From: a virus | Direction: 5' to 3' (one strand) | DNA: 64,000 nt | IMG/VR virus record: IMGVR_UViG_3300035156_000188 | Coordinates: 1-64,000 of that record | In this document: positions 51,472 to 60,784 of the stretch, piece after piece | Layout: each line of letters begins with the position of its first letter | Position numbering within the stretch: the first letter of the stretch is position 1 | Made by a program: the position numbers and the translations under genes | Notes under the pieces: model-generated | What the model saw: only the letters and a program-made list of their open reading frames with translations | Databases searched by the model: none | What the model was told of the DNA's origin: nothing

Positions 51472-52580
51472 CCGCTTACTACAACGAATACGAGAAGTCC
51501 GCAGCCGCCTGGCTGCGCGAATTGATCGCTGAAAACCTGATCGCGCCGGGCGTGGTCGACGAAAGGAGCATTGAAGATGTCACACCCGGAGACCTTGCCG
51601 GATTCAACCAAGTCCACTTCTTCGCCGGCATCGGCGGATGGAGCGCAGCTCTCCGGCTTGCCGGCGTGCCGGATAGCGCCCGAGTCTGGACTGGAAGCGC
51701 TCCTTGCCAGCCTTTCTCCGAGGCAGGCAAAGGCGGCGGGTTTGATGACGAGCGGCACCTATGGCCAGCCTTCCACCACCTCGTCCGCGTCCGCAAGCCT
51801 CGAGTCGTCCTTGGTGAGCAGTCTGCGAGCAAGGACGCAGATGCTTGGTTCGACCTTGTACAAGCTGACCTGGAAGGTCTGGGCTATGCCTTCGGGGCGG
51901 TCGCGTTTCCGTCTGCGGGGATCGGTGCTCCGCACCTCCGCGACCGCGGCTACTGGGTCGCTGCCGACGCCATGGCCCACGCCCCAGGCGCGGGACTTCA
52001 AGGGCGCGCCGCTGGCGGGTATCCACGACCGGGGAGCGAAGGGCGCGCCGCTGAACGAGACCGCGCGATTGGCGAGCTGGCCCACGCCAACGTCTTGCGA
52101 TTCCAACCGCAAGCCGGCGGCCAACTTCACGACCACCAACCTCACGCTCAACCATGGCGCGGCGCTGGCCAGCTGGCCGACGCCGCGCGCGGCGGACGGC
52201 TTGAAGGGAGCGCACCTGGAAGCCCAGACCAACATGAAGGGCACGGACCTGCCCACCACGGCCAGCTGGACGATGGCCGGCTGGCAGACACCTTGCGTGG
52301 ACGGATTCCGGAAGCGGGGCGGGAATCGCTCGGACGAGTTGGGCAACCAGGAGCTGGTGAAGAATGTGGACCAGCCGGCCCGACTAACGGTTACTGGCGA
52401 GCTGCTGACTGGCTCTTCTGCCGGGATGGCAAGTGGCGGGCAGTTGAACCCGGCACACAGCCGCTGGCTGATGGGCTATCCGGCCGCGTGGGACTCCTGC
52501 GGGGCTACGGCAATGCAGTCAATATCTTCGCGGCCGCGGCCTTCATCGAAGCGTTCAAAGATCACTTGAGAGGAAATTAA
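51468..52580 (+). CDS. DNA (cytosine-5) methyltransferase, frame-0 ORF (370 aa)
   Basis: FFAGIGG (51618), PCQPFSEAGK (51702), VLGEQS (51807), GAPHLRDR (51924), RVGLLRGYGNAV (52485); the central ~200 codons are low-complexity with A/T-rich third positions. Confidence 0.7.
   Translation: MTAYYNEYEKSAAAWLRELIAENLIAPGVVDERSIEDVTPGDLAGFNQVHFFAGIGGWSAALRLAGVPDSARVWTGSAPCQPFSEAGKGGGFDDERHLWPAFHHLVRVRKPRVVLGEQSASKDADAWFDLVQADLEGLGYAFGAVAFPSAGIGAPHLRDRGYWVAADAMAHAPGAGLQGRAAGGYPRPGSEGRAAERDRAIGELAHANVLRFQPQAGGQLHDHQPHAQPWRGAGQLADAARGGRLEGSAPGSPDQHEGHGPAHHGQLDDGRLADTLRGRIPEAGRESLGRVGQPGAGEECGPAGPTNGYWRAADWLFCRDGKWRAVEPGTQPLADGLSGRVGLLRGYGNAVNIFAAAAFIEAFKDHLRGN
51577..52569 (+). CDS. nested +1-frame ORF: WPTP-repeat / LNP..WLMG.P protein (330 aa)
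   Basis: AAGGAG (51563-51568) 8 nt before the ATG; W(P/Q)TP at 51973, 52078, 52174 and 52282; LNPAHSRWLMGYPAAW at 52444; G/C-rich third positions in the central part. Confidence 0.5.
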   Translation: MSHPETLPDSTKSTSSPASADGAQLSGLPACRIAPESGLEALLASLSPRQAKAAGLMTSGTYGQPSTTSSASASLESSLVSSLRARTQMLGSTLYKLTWKVWAMPSGRSRFRLRGSVLRTSATAATGSLPTPWPTPQARDFKGAPLAGIHDRGAKGAPLNETARLASWPTPTSCDSNRKPAANFTTTNLTLNHGAALASWPTPRAADGLKGAHLEAQTNMKGTDLPTTASWTMAGWQTPCVDGFRKRGGNRSDELGNQELVKNVDQPARLTVTGELLTGSSAGMASGGQLNPAHSRWLMGYPAAWDSCGATAMQSISSRPRPSSKRSKIT

Positions 52581-52787
52581 ATGCGTATTTGCGTCGACCA
52601 GGACTCCACCTGGGAATACATCAAACCGGCACCGCTGAACCAGAAGATCCAGCTGCTGACGAAGGATAACCAGTGCGTCGTCGGCGTCTTCAAGGGCGAC
52701 CCGCTGCCACACAACAAGACGTACAAGGGTTGGAAGGGTCTCCCAAATCGTGACCAGGACCTGGAGCGCAAGCTCGGGTATCTGTGA
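52581..52787 (+). CDS. small conserved phage protein (68 aa)
   Basis: ORF track; noticeably lower G+C; KIQLLTKDNQCVVGVF..W text. Confidence 0.6.
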   Translation: MRICVDQDSTWEYIKPAPLNQKIQLLTKDNQCVVGVFKGDPLPHNKTYKGWKGLPNRDQDLERKLGYL

Positions 52788-53194
52788 TGACGACCGACGA
52801 CGTTATGAGCCAGGTGCGCGCCATGTATGCGCATCTGGAACACCACGCCTTCTGGTTCCCGCGCCCCGAACAGTGGAAGTGGTCGACGCCAGACGGTCGG
52901 CCCCAGACGCTGCACGTGCCGCACTCCCCGGGCCTGACCAACCTCCTGTGGCTGGCCATGGACATGGGCACGCCGCCCGGCATGTACGCCCTGCAGGAGA
53001 ACGCGCTGGCCCTGCTCCTGCTGTCCTGGGGCCCGGCCACCTACTTCGACGGCGTCTCGCTGCTCGACGCGGCCGGGATCATGCCGATGGACAAATTCGC
53101 CGCACGGCTTGCCGCTGAACCTGCCACCGGCAACCCGCTGCAGGCTGCCTACCCCGTACTCAACACCCTTTTGAAAGGACGTCTCCGTGCGTAA
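52784..53194 (+). CDS. hypothetical protein (136 aa)
   Basis: GTGATG at the upstream stop. Confidence 0.6.
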   Translation: MMTTDDVMSQVRAMYAHLEHHAFWFPRPEQWKWSTPDGRPQTLHVPHSPGLTNLLWLAMDMGTPPGMYALQENALALLLLSWGPATYFDGVSLLDAAGIMPMDKFAARLAAEPATGNPLQAAYPVLNTLLKGRLRA

Positions 53195-53396
53195 TACTGC
53201 CGTCACCCAACCTGAAGTCATCACCGTCGACAAGCCCGCCGCTGTCGGCAAGTCCTCCCTGGCGTCGAACGCCTACTTCCAGCACCTGATGCTGATGTAC
53301 AGCCTGCCCACCTGGGACGGCAAGGGCCGCGTTTGGCTCAAGCCGGGCGTGATCCGCCTGCTCGAAGCCTTCCGGAGGAATCGTGCGTACCCTTGA
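53187..53396 (+). CDS. hypothetical protein (69 aa)
   Basis: GAAAGGA-N6-GTG. Confidence 0.5.
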   Translation: MRNTAVTQPEVITVDKPAAVGKSSLASNAYFQHLMLMYSLPTWDGKGRVWLKPGVIRLLEAFRRNRAYP

Positions 53397-54810
53397 CCAG
53401 GTGCTCGCGGCTCACCCCTTCCCACACCCGATGGGCGGGGTGATGACGCTCGAGCCCATGCAGATCGAAGACATCGAGCGCGCCGTCTACTGGCGCCGCG
53501 CCCTCCTGGACCTGCCGGTCGGCTACGGCAAGACGGTCATCCAGACCGCGATCGCGCTGTGCCTGGAGCCGGAGGTCACGGTGATCCTGGTGCCGCCGAT
53601 CCTGATCGCCCAGTGGGTCGCCTGGCTCAACAGCATCCCTGGTGCCGGCGCGGCGCTGGGCTACACCGGAGGCCCGGCGACGCGCGCAGGTTACGACTTG
53701 CGCAAGTATGACTGGCTGGTCATGTCGTATCAGGTGTTCAACAATGACATCGAGCGCCTGCGCAAGACGTTCGCCGGCCACGACGTGCTGCTGACGGTCG
53801 ACGAGTGCCAGAACCTGAAGGGCCGCGGCGTCCTGTTCAAGAACGTGCGCGACTTCGCGCAGGGCCGGGATTTGATCCTGGCATCGGGCACGATCATGAG
53901 CAAGATCGGTGATGCCTACGCCTACATCAAGCTCAACACTCCGGAGATCTACCGGACGTACGGTCATTTCGAGAACGTGCACGTGAAGGAGCGCGACTTC
54001 TTCAAGCAGCCGGTCGAATGGCACAACCTCGATTTCCTGCAGGAGAACCTGTCGATGCGCAGGATCTACCGCACGAAGGAAGAGGTGCACTCGGCCCTGC
54101 CGAAGGCGCGCTACATCCCAATCTACTACGACCTGTCGAAGGAGCACATGGCGCTGTACAAGCGCCTGATGGAAGAGCAGCTCCTGCTGCTCGACGACGG
54201 CGGCAAGATCGACGCCACCACCGCGACGAAGCTGTATCACGCCGCGCAGCAGATCATCACCAACTACGGCTTCTTCGCCGGCGACGAGAGTAAGAAGAGC
54301 GTGCTCTTCGACCTGCTCGACACCACGATGGACGAGATCGGGCTGGGCGACAAGGACCGGAGCAAGCTGATCTTCTGGACGATCTACCAGCGCACGTCGG
54401 CGGCCGTCGACCAGCACGTGAACAGTTACCTGAGCGCGCGCAAGGACGGCACCTACGGCGTGGCCGCTTACGGCGCCGTGAACTCGAAGAAGTCGATCGA
54501 GCAGTTCATGACCGACCCGCTGGCCGTGCACCTGACGGCGCAGCCAGGGTCGGCCGGCGCCGGCTTGAACCCGCAGTACATCTGCAACGAGTGCGGCTAT
54601 ATCGAAATCCCGACGACCACGATCCCGTTCGTGCAGTCCGCTGGCCGGATCGACCGGAAGGGCCAGCGCTACAACCCGAACATCCGACTGTTCATCGCCC
54701 GCGGCACGATTCAAGAACGCTTGCTGGCGAACCTTTTCGACAACGACGGCCTGGTCCAGAAAGCCTCGGGGTCGAAAAAGGGGATCAAAGATTTGATCTT
54801 CCCGTCATAA
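53383..54810 (+). CDS. SNF2/DEAD-like helicase (475 aa)
   Basis: GGAGG-N4-GTG; LPVGYGKT P-loop, TVDECQNLKG (DExQ box), C-terminal QSAGRIDR motif VI-like. Confidence 0.8.
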   Translation: MRTLDQVLAAHPFPHPMGGVMTLEPMQIEDIERAVYWRRALLDLPVGYGKTVIQTAIALCLEPEVTVILVPPILIAQWVAWLNSIPGAGAALGYTGGPATRAGYDLRKYDWLVMSYQVFNNDIERLRKTFAGHDVLLTVDECQNLKGRGVLFKNVRDFAQGRDLILASGTIMSKIGDAYAYIKLNTPEIYRTYGHFENVHVKERDFFKQPVEWHNLDFLQENLSMRRIYRTKEEVHSALPKARYIPIYYDLSKEHMALYKRLMEEQLLLLDDGGKIDATTATKLYHAAQQIITNYGFFAGDESKKSVLFDLLDTTMDEIGLGDKDRSKLIFWTIYQRTSAAVDQHVNSYLSARKDGTYGVAAYGAVNSKKSIEQFMTDPLAVHLTAQPGSAGAGLNPQYICNECGYIEIPTTTIPFVQSAGRIDRKGQRYNPNIRLFIARGTIQERLLANLFDNDGLVQKASGSKKGIKDLIFPS

Positions 54811-54822
54811 ATCGTTGTAGAA

Positions 54823-54851
54823 TTGTTGCCTCAAATCAGTGGATTTATAGA
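54823..54851 (+). promoter_or_regulatory. sigma70-type promoter candidate TTGTTG-17-TATAGA
   Basis: Hexamers at 54823-54828 and 54846-54851 in an A/T-richer gap. Confidence 0.4.
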
Positions 54852-54864
54852 AAGTTAATGCTCA

Positions 54865-55347
54865 ATGGAAGCCCCATCCGTAGTTAAAGCCCAAGCCCGA
54901 GAGTGGATCGAACACCTCATGCGCAACTCGGCCCTCTGGACCGAGTACCAGCACGCCACCATGATGTATAGCAAGAAGGACAAGGTCTTCGTGGTCTGGG
55001 AGTACCGTGACGGCAGTGCGCATCTGGTCGCTGTTCTCGTTACCGAAAAACCTCACGTCGACTTCGACACCGGCCTCACCCTGGAAATGCATGACCTGGT
55101 CTCCGACCGGCGTCTGCTGATCGATCAGCGCCCGGCGCAGATCGTCGAAGGTGTTTATGCCTGGATTCCGACCTACATCGAACTGCGCTTCGCGCCGCGC
55201 AAGCAAAACGACCACTACGCGCCGCGCATCCTGACTGTGCCGTTCTGCGTTAAAACCGCAACCCACCCTACCAAAGCCCTGACACCAGGCCACCGCTACA
55301 TCTCGACCCAGACGGATTTCGAGTCGCGTTGGCCTAACTTCAAATAG
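54865..55347 (+). CDS. hypothetical protein (160 aa)
   Basis: ORF track; precedes the primase-helicase gene. Confidence 0.65.
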   Translation: MEAPSVVKAQAREWIEHLMRNSALWTEYQHATMMYSKKDKVFVVWEYRDGSAHLVAVLVTEKPHVDFDTGLTLEMHDLVSDRRLLIDQRPAQIVEGVYAWIPTYIELRFAPRKQNDHYAPRILTVPFCVKTATHPTKALTPGHRYISTQTDFESRWPNFK

Positions 55348-55355
55348 GGGGCGTC

Positions 55356-58301
55356 ATGTTTCATTACTACCAAATCGCCGGGGGCGAAGAGACCTGGCAG
55401 GCTATTCCTGCGTCGCGCAAAAGCGAACTGATCGCCGAGCATAGGCCGATGTTCGTCACGGTGCTGCCGGTCTCAAAAGTCGTCGAGGATCTGCCGTACG
55501 AAGAGAAGCTGAAGCTCGCCTACATCGGCCCGTTCTACGCCGACTGGGATTCGAAGGACGAAAAACTCGTCATCGAAAAGACCAACCAATTCCTCGACAA
55601 GCTCGAAGAGATGGGCGTCGACCTGGAGCAGTGCCACCTGTACGCCACCGGCGGCAAGGGTTACCACCTGGAGGTGCCGCCCGAAATCTTCATGGAGAAG
55701 GTGCCGGCCAAGGGCGTCGTCGGCCTGCCGATCGTGTACAAGGAAATGGCCCTGGCCATGACCGTCGACACGCTCGACTTGCGCGTCTACTCGGCCCAGC
55801 GCGGCCGGATGTGGCGCCAGCCGAACGTCAAGCGCGAGAACGGTCGCTACAAGGTGCCGGTCAGCCTGATCGAGATGCGCGAGATGACGCCCGAGCTCAA
55901 CGCCGTCCTGACGGCGACGCCGCGCCAGCTGTCGGACTTCCCGGTCAAGCCGCCGACGTTCTGCGTCAAGCTCTCGATCGAGTACACGAAGGCGGCCCAG
56001 CGCGTCGAGGAACTGCTCAAGAAGCGCGCCAAGCACAAGCCCGATCCACGCTTGCGCGAGAAGGCCACGTCCGAGTCGATCCTGTGGATGATGTCCGGTC
56101 TGGGCATCAAGCCTGACGTCGGCTTCCACCAGCTCTCGCTGCAGCTGGCCACCGCGGCGGCGACCGCCGGCTGGTCGGAAGAGAAGTTCGTCGAGGAGTG
56201 CAAGGGTCTGATCGAGACCCACACCGGCGACGGCAGCCGCTACAACACCGAAGGCAAGCGGCGCGAAGAGCTCGCCCGCATGTTCCGCTATGTGTCGGGC
56301 AACCCCTGCTACGAGTTCTCGATCGGCGCCATCAAGTCGCTGCTCGAACACCCGGCCCTGGACCTGGATGGCATCACCCAGACGAAGGAAGAGGTTAAGG
56401 AAGCGATCGACGACGCCGTCGCCCAGCGCCCTGACCCGAACGCCGCGGTCGAGCAGGACGAGTACGAAGACGTCGCGCGCGGTATCACGCTGCTCAAGAA
56501 CGGTATCTTCGGCGACACCGAGTATGGCAAAAAGCGCCTGTGCTCGGTCAGCTTTGCCAATGCCTGCGTGCTCCGGTCGATGGATACGCGGCAGATTGTC
56601 GGCTACGATGCCGACGTCATGGTCAACGGAAAGTTCCACGGCACGACGACGCTGGAGCTGGACATTTTCTCGGGCCTTGTGCCCTTCAACCGGTTTGTGG
56701 CCAAATACGGCCACGCCTTCCAAGGCTCCGATGCCCAGGTCAGGGTGGTGATGATGCGTTTTGTAGAACAAGCAAAGAAGTCCGGCGGCATGAAGTATGT
56801 CGTCACCCGCGAAGGTCTCGATATGGTGGCCGTCGCCGGCCATGAGGATGTCCGGATCTCGAAGCCGTTCATGGTCTGGGCCGATAACTACGGCGTGACC
56901 ATGGAGCCGCGCGCCGCCGCGGCCGAGATCAGCTTGAAGTATGCCGGCTTCCCCGACCCGCGCGGAGTCTTCCGCTCGGACATCGCCCTGGCGCCGAAGC
57001 TGGTCGACTGGGTCCAGGACCCGGCCAACAAGACCTTGCTGCTGGACACGCTCAAGAACATGATGACGTGCCAGCGCCCCGAGGTGCTGGGTAAGCTGAT
57101 TGGCTGGTACACGGCCTGCTTCTGGAAGCCGCTATTCCAGAAGGTGCACGGCAAGTTTCCGCTGCTGCACGTGAACGGGCCGGCTGGTCTCGGCAAGACC
57201 GAGCTGAACATTGCGCTCAGCTCGATCTTCTACTACCAGCAGGAGTGCCGGCCGCTGTCACCTGGCTCGACAAACTTCGCGCTGACCCAACACTTGACGG
57301 CGTCGGCGTCGATCCCGCTGATCCTCGACGAGTACAAGCCGCACGAGATGCGCAAGGACCGGCACGATTCGCTCAAGGCGCTGTTCCGCGACGCTTACAA
57401 CCAGCGCGACACCGCCCGGGGCGGCGGCTCGCGCGACGGCGACGACTACCGCAACCTGCAGTTCTCGCAGCTGGCCGCGCCGCTCGCCTTCATCGCCGAG
57501 GCAGCCGAGGAAGAGTCGGCCGTCATGGAGCGCGTCGTGCTGGTGACCCTGGCGCGGCCGCACCAGCTGGTCGGCGTCCAGAACTACAGCAAGTTCCAGG
57601 CATTCCAGCGCAACAAGCACCTGCTGGGCATTCTGGGGCAGTACCTGGCCACCTCGATCATCCACGACGCCACGATCGAGAGCTTCTCGGAAGAGTTCAA
57701 GGGCTACTACGACGAGGCGCGCGCCAAGTTCATGCTGTCGGAAGCTGACATCTCCGGCGGCCTGGACGACGAGGCGATGAAGGAAAAGCAGAACACGAAG
57801 GAGCGTCCGGTCTACAACCATACGGTCGCCCGCTTCGGCTTCATCCAGTTCCGCCGCCTGGTCAACGAGATGTTCGACAACGAGCTCGACCCGATCATGG
57901 CCGAACTCGAAGACGGCATTTACGCCCGCCTGTCGGACTTGCATGCATCAACCACGCCGGAATACGTCAAGGTGCTGCGCGAGATCAGCAACATGAGCTA
58001 CCACGTGGAAGTCGAGCGCCCGGAAGCGGTGCGCAAGAACCACGAGTACGCTTTCGCCGACATCTCCGGCCGAGGCTTGCTGGAGCTGTCGGTGCGCACG
58101 GCGTACACCAAGTACCGGATGTACTGCCGTGCCGCCCAGACCAACCCGCTCTTCGGCGGCGTCGAAGCCTTCATCCACGCGGTCCAGGACAGTCCTGCCT
58201 TCGTGAAGAAGGGTTCCGGCACGGTGCTCAATTCGCCAGGCACCTTCACGTTCGACGTGGAAGAGCTGGCGCGACTTGGGGTCGACATCTTCAAGAAATA
58301 A
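55356..58301 (+). CDS. primase-helicase: AEP-type primase N-terminus fused to a P-loop NTPase (981 aa)
   Basis: YATGGKGYHLEVP primase-like motif; NGPAGLGKTE Walker A and LILDEYKP Walker B in the C-terminal half. Confidence 0.75.
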   Translation: MFHYYQIAGGEETWQAIPASRKSELIAEHRPMFVTVLPVSKVVEDLPYEEKLKLAYIGPFYADWDSKDEKLVIEKTNQFLDKLEEMGVDLEQCHLYATGGKGYHLEVPPEIFMEKVPAKGVVGLPIVYKEMALAMTVDTLDLRVYSAQRGRMWRQPNVKRENGRYKVPVSLIEMREMTPELNAVLTATPRQLSDFPVKPPTFCVKLSIEYTKAAQRVEELLKKRAKHKPDPRLREKATSESILWMMSGLGIKPDVGFHQLSLQLATAAATAGWSEEKFVEECKGLIETHTGDGSRYNTEGKRREELARMFRYVSGNPCYEFSIGAIKSLLEHPALDLDGITQTKEEVKEAIDDAVAQRPDPNAAVEQDEYEDVARGITLLKNGIFGDTEYGKKRLCSVSFANACVLRSMDTRQIVGYDADVMVNGKFHGTTTLELDIFSGLVPFNRFVAKYGHAFQGSDAQVRVVMMRFVEQAKKSGGMKYVVTREGLDMVAVAGHEDVRISKPFMVWADNYGVTMEPRAAAAEISLKYAGFPDPRGVFRSDIALAPKLVDWVQDPANKTLLLDTLKNMMTCQRPEVLGKLIGWYTACFWKPLFQKVHGKFPLLHVNGPAGLGKTELNIALSSIFYYQQECRPLSPGSTNFALTQHLTASASIPLILDEYKPHEMRKDRHDSLKALFRDAYNQRDTARGGGSRDGDDYRNLQFSQLAAPLAFIAEAAEEESAVMERVVLVTLARPHQLVGVQNYSKFQAFQRNKHLLGILGQYLATSIIHDATIESFSEEFKGYYDEARAKFMLSEADISGGLDDEAMKEKQNTKERPVYNHTVARFGFIQFRRLVNEMFDNELDPIMAELEDGIYARLSDLHASTTPEYVKVLREISNMSYHVEVERPEAVRKNHEYAFADISGRGLLELSVRTAYTKYRMYCRAAQTNPLFGGVEAFIHAVQDSPAFVKKGSGTVLNSPGTFTFDVEELARLGVDIFKK

Positions 58302-58302
58302 A

Positions 58303-58331
58303 TTGACAGCAGTCAATAAGTTTGACATACT
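58303..58331 (+). promoter_or_regulatory. sigma70-type promoter candidate TTGACA-17-CATACT with TGACAGCAGTCA dyad
   Basis: Hexamers at 58303-58308 and 58326-58331; followed by a hairpin leader and the 58405 ATG. Confidence 0.5.
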
Positions 58332-58404
58332 GAGTTCCTCCCTAAGCCGGGAGGGAAAGCCCGGCAAACCCGATAGTTTCAACTTTAACTTTAAAGGCAA
58401 TATC

Positions 58405-59205
58405 ATGGCACTGAACAAAAACGCATCCGCTGGCACCCCATCCTTCGAGTCCCCAGACGACGACAACGTCGGCGCTGACCAGACCGCAGAACAGATCGCA
58501 GCTGAGCAGCGCGCTGCAGCTCAGAAGCGTCTCGCTGAGGCGGCCGGCAAGCGTGAAGAGTCGAAGCCTGCTTCGACCGGCACGGCACTGACCACCCCAG
58601 TCGGCGGCCAGGTCGCTGTCTCCAAGCCGCTGGTCAACCCGCTCGAGCCTCTCAAGAACGCCTTCCCTGTCGAGTTCGACACCCTGCGCAACCTGCAGAT
58701 CAACCAGGGCAACGTGATCGACCGTGAAACCGGCAAGGCACTGGGCGACACCATCTGCCTGGAACTGCTGTCCTTCCAGGACCAGTGGGTCATCGGCCCA
58801 GGCGGCGAAGACAAGTCGGAAGAAGCGAAAGAGCTGGTGCGCTACTCGGACGACGGCATCACCTCGACCAAGGGCGATGACATGAAAGAGTGGCTGGCCA
58901 ACCTGCACAAGCTGGGCCACAAGGAAGCCAAGATGACTGAGCGTATGGTCATCTGCGGCGCGGTGACCGATCCGGGCACCAAGGGTAAGAAGGAAGTGCC
59001 TGAGCTGCAGGACGCCCTGGTGCAGATCAACCTGCCACCGACCTCGAAGGCAGCGTTCAAGCGCTACCAGGTCGACCAGGCTTACCGCATTGGCAAGGGT
59101 ATCATCCAGCCGGAAGGCGCCCAGCATGTGAAGATCGAGTGCTCGATCGTCAAGCGCGGCGACAACACCTGGACCGTGGCGGCATTCTCCCGCGCCGACG
59201 CGTAA
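58405..59205 (+). CDS. abundant-looking replication/recombination accessory protein (267 aa), possibly ssDNA-binding
   Basis: Has its own promoter and a strong terminator; disordered acidic/A-rich N-terminus then a globular domain; function inferred from context only. Confidence 0.6.
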   Translation: MALNKNASAGTPSFESPDDDNVGADQTAEQIAAEQRAAAQKRLAEAAGKREESKPASTGTALTTPVGGQVAVSKPLVNPLEPLKNAFPVEFDTLRNLQINQGNVIDRETGKALGDTICLELLSFQDQWVIGPGGEDKSEEAKELVRYSDDGITSTKGDDMKEWLANLHKLGHKEAKMTERMVICGAVTDPGTKGKKEVPELQDALVQINLPPTSKAAFKRYQVDQAYRIGKGIIQPEGAQHVKIECSIVKRGDNTWTVAAFSRADA

Positions 59206-59222
59206 CCAGCAGCCCCTGCAGT

Positions 59223-59252
59223 AAAGAGCGACCCGCCGGGTCGCTCTTTTTT
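59223..59252 (+). terminator. intrinsic terminator
   Basis: AGAGCGACC-cgccg-GGTCGCTCT followed by TTTTTT. Confidence 0.8.
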
Positions 59253-59277
59253 GGCCTATACCCCACGGAGAGTTATC

Positions 59278-60015
59278 TTGGACCAACAAATTCCTGATGC
59301 AGTACAGCAAGCCGAACGCCCAAAAGCCTGGGTCATCGCCGACACCGAGACCACCGGCCTGAACGGCCCTGCGATCGAGATCGCCTTGCACGAGATCAAC
59401 CCGCTGACCCTGGAGATGCTCTGGGAAGTCGACTCGCTGATCGACCCAGGCCCTGATTTCCCGATCGAGCCCGGTGCCATGGCCATCCACGGCATCACCG
59501 ACGAAATGGTGGCCGACGCGCCGACGCTCGAAGAGTTCCTGACCACGCCTGGCGATCAGTTCCTGAACGGGCGCCTCGAAGGCCGCGACGTCATCCTGAT
59601 CTGCCACAACGCCGTCTTCGACATCAAGCGCCTGCACCCGATCGGCGACGTCACCAACACGATCTGCACGCTGTTCCACTCGCGCCAGCTGGTCGGCACC
59701 GAAGTCGTCAACCATAAGCTGACCACCTTGCGTGAGCACTTCGGCTTCCCGCCGAACGAGGCTCACCGCGCGCTGGCCGACGTCTACACGACGAAGCGCC
59801 TGCTGCGCGAGCTGCTCGGCCGCACCAACCGCACCCTGCCTGAGTTCCTGGCCACGATGGACGTCACCGTGCACCGTATGCCTTGGGGCAAGCACCGCGG
59901 CCAGCTGATCATGAACATGCGCAAGGATTACCTGGAATGGGTCAAAGGCCTGCCAGACCTGGAGCCGAACTTGAAGAAGTCGGTCGTCAAAGCCTTGAAG
60001 ACGATGGCGAAATGA
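59278..60015 (+). CDS. DnaQ-like 3'-5' exonuclease with C-terminal MPWGKHRG..DYLEWV motif (245 aa)
   Basis: GGAG-N7-TTG; ADTETTGL (Exo I), AIHGITDE (Exo II), HRALADV (Exo III). Confidence 0.75.
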   Translation: MDQQIPDAVQQAERPKAWVIADTETTGLNGPAIEIALHEINPLTLEMLWEVDSLIDPGPDFPIEPGAMAIHGITDEMVADAPTLEEFLTTPGDQFLNGRLEGRDVILICHNAVFDIKRLHPIGDVTNTICTLFHSRQLVGTEVVNHKLTTLREHFGFPPNEAHRALADVYTTKRLLRELLGRTNRTLPEFLATMDVTVHRMPWGKHRGQLIMNMRKDYLEWVKGLPDLEPNLKKSVVKALKTMAK

Positions 60016-60176
60016 TCATGAGTACCCTCGACAAAGCTTTCGCCGGCATCGGTATTTTCGTGGTCCTGCTGATCGTGGTCGGCATCCTGCTGGCGAAGGT
60101 CGGCGTGATCTCGGGCTCGATCGAGAACACCAAGACCGGTAAAAAGAAAACTTTCGGCAAAACCGACAACAAATAA
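60012..60176 (+). CDS. small membrane protein (54 aa)
   Basis: ATGA coupling; IGIFVVLLIVVGILLA helix. Confidence 0.45.
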   Translation: MIMSTLDKAFAGIGIFVVLLIVVGILLAKVGVISGSIENTKTGKKKTFGKTDNK

Positions 60177-60189
60177 CCTGGAGAACACC

Positions 60190-60783
60190 ATGTCCATCTT
60201 CACCACCTACCAAGCTTCCGCCCTCCGCACCGAGAAGCCCCTCCCAACCATGTTGGGGCGCCTGCGCCACGCTGCACTGGGCCTGATCACCGAGTCCGGC
60301 GAGATCACCACCGAGGTCAAGCGCCACGTCATCTACGGCAAACCGCTGGACTCGCTGGGCAAGGACGGCAAGACGACCATGCGCCAGCACATCGGCGAAG
60401 AGATCGGCGACGTCTACTGGTACGTCGCGATCGCCGCTGACGCCCTCCAGCTGCCGCACTACTTCGAGGCGCGCCTCGGCCGGATGCGTCCGCGCGTGTT
60501 TCAGACCTACGACTTCGAGGCCCTGTCGCTGGAACTGGCCGGCGAGGTCGGCGCTTTCGCCGACGCCGTCAGCGATATTGACGTCAACCCCTTCGGCGTC
60601 GCGTCGGTCCTGGACCGTCTCTGCCAGCACCTGATCGACATCGCCACCGGCTGCGGCCTCGACACCGAAGAGATCCTGGCCGCCAACATCGCCAAGCTGC
60701 AGGAGCGCTTCCCGGATGCCTACTCGAACGAGGCAGCCGAGGCACGCGCCGACAAGGGCGGTCTGGACGCACGGAACTCGTAA
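60190..60783 (+). CDS. mazG: MazG-like nucleotide pyrophosphohydrolase (197 aa)
   Basis: GGAGA-N5-ATG; LGLITESGE and EEIGDVYWYV metal-binding helices. Confidence 0.7.
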   Translation: MSIFTTYQASALRTEKPLPTMLGRLRHAALGLITESGEITTEVKRHVIYGKPLDSLGKDGKTTMRQHIGEEIGDVYWYVAIAADALQLPHYFEARLGRMRPRVFQTYDFEALSLELAGEVGAFADAVSDIDVNPFGVASVLDRLCQHLIDIATGCGLDTEEILAANIAKLQERFPDAYSNEAAEARADKGGLDARNS

Positions 60784-60784
60784 C

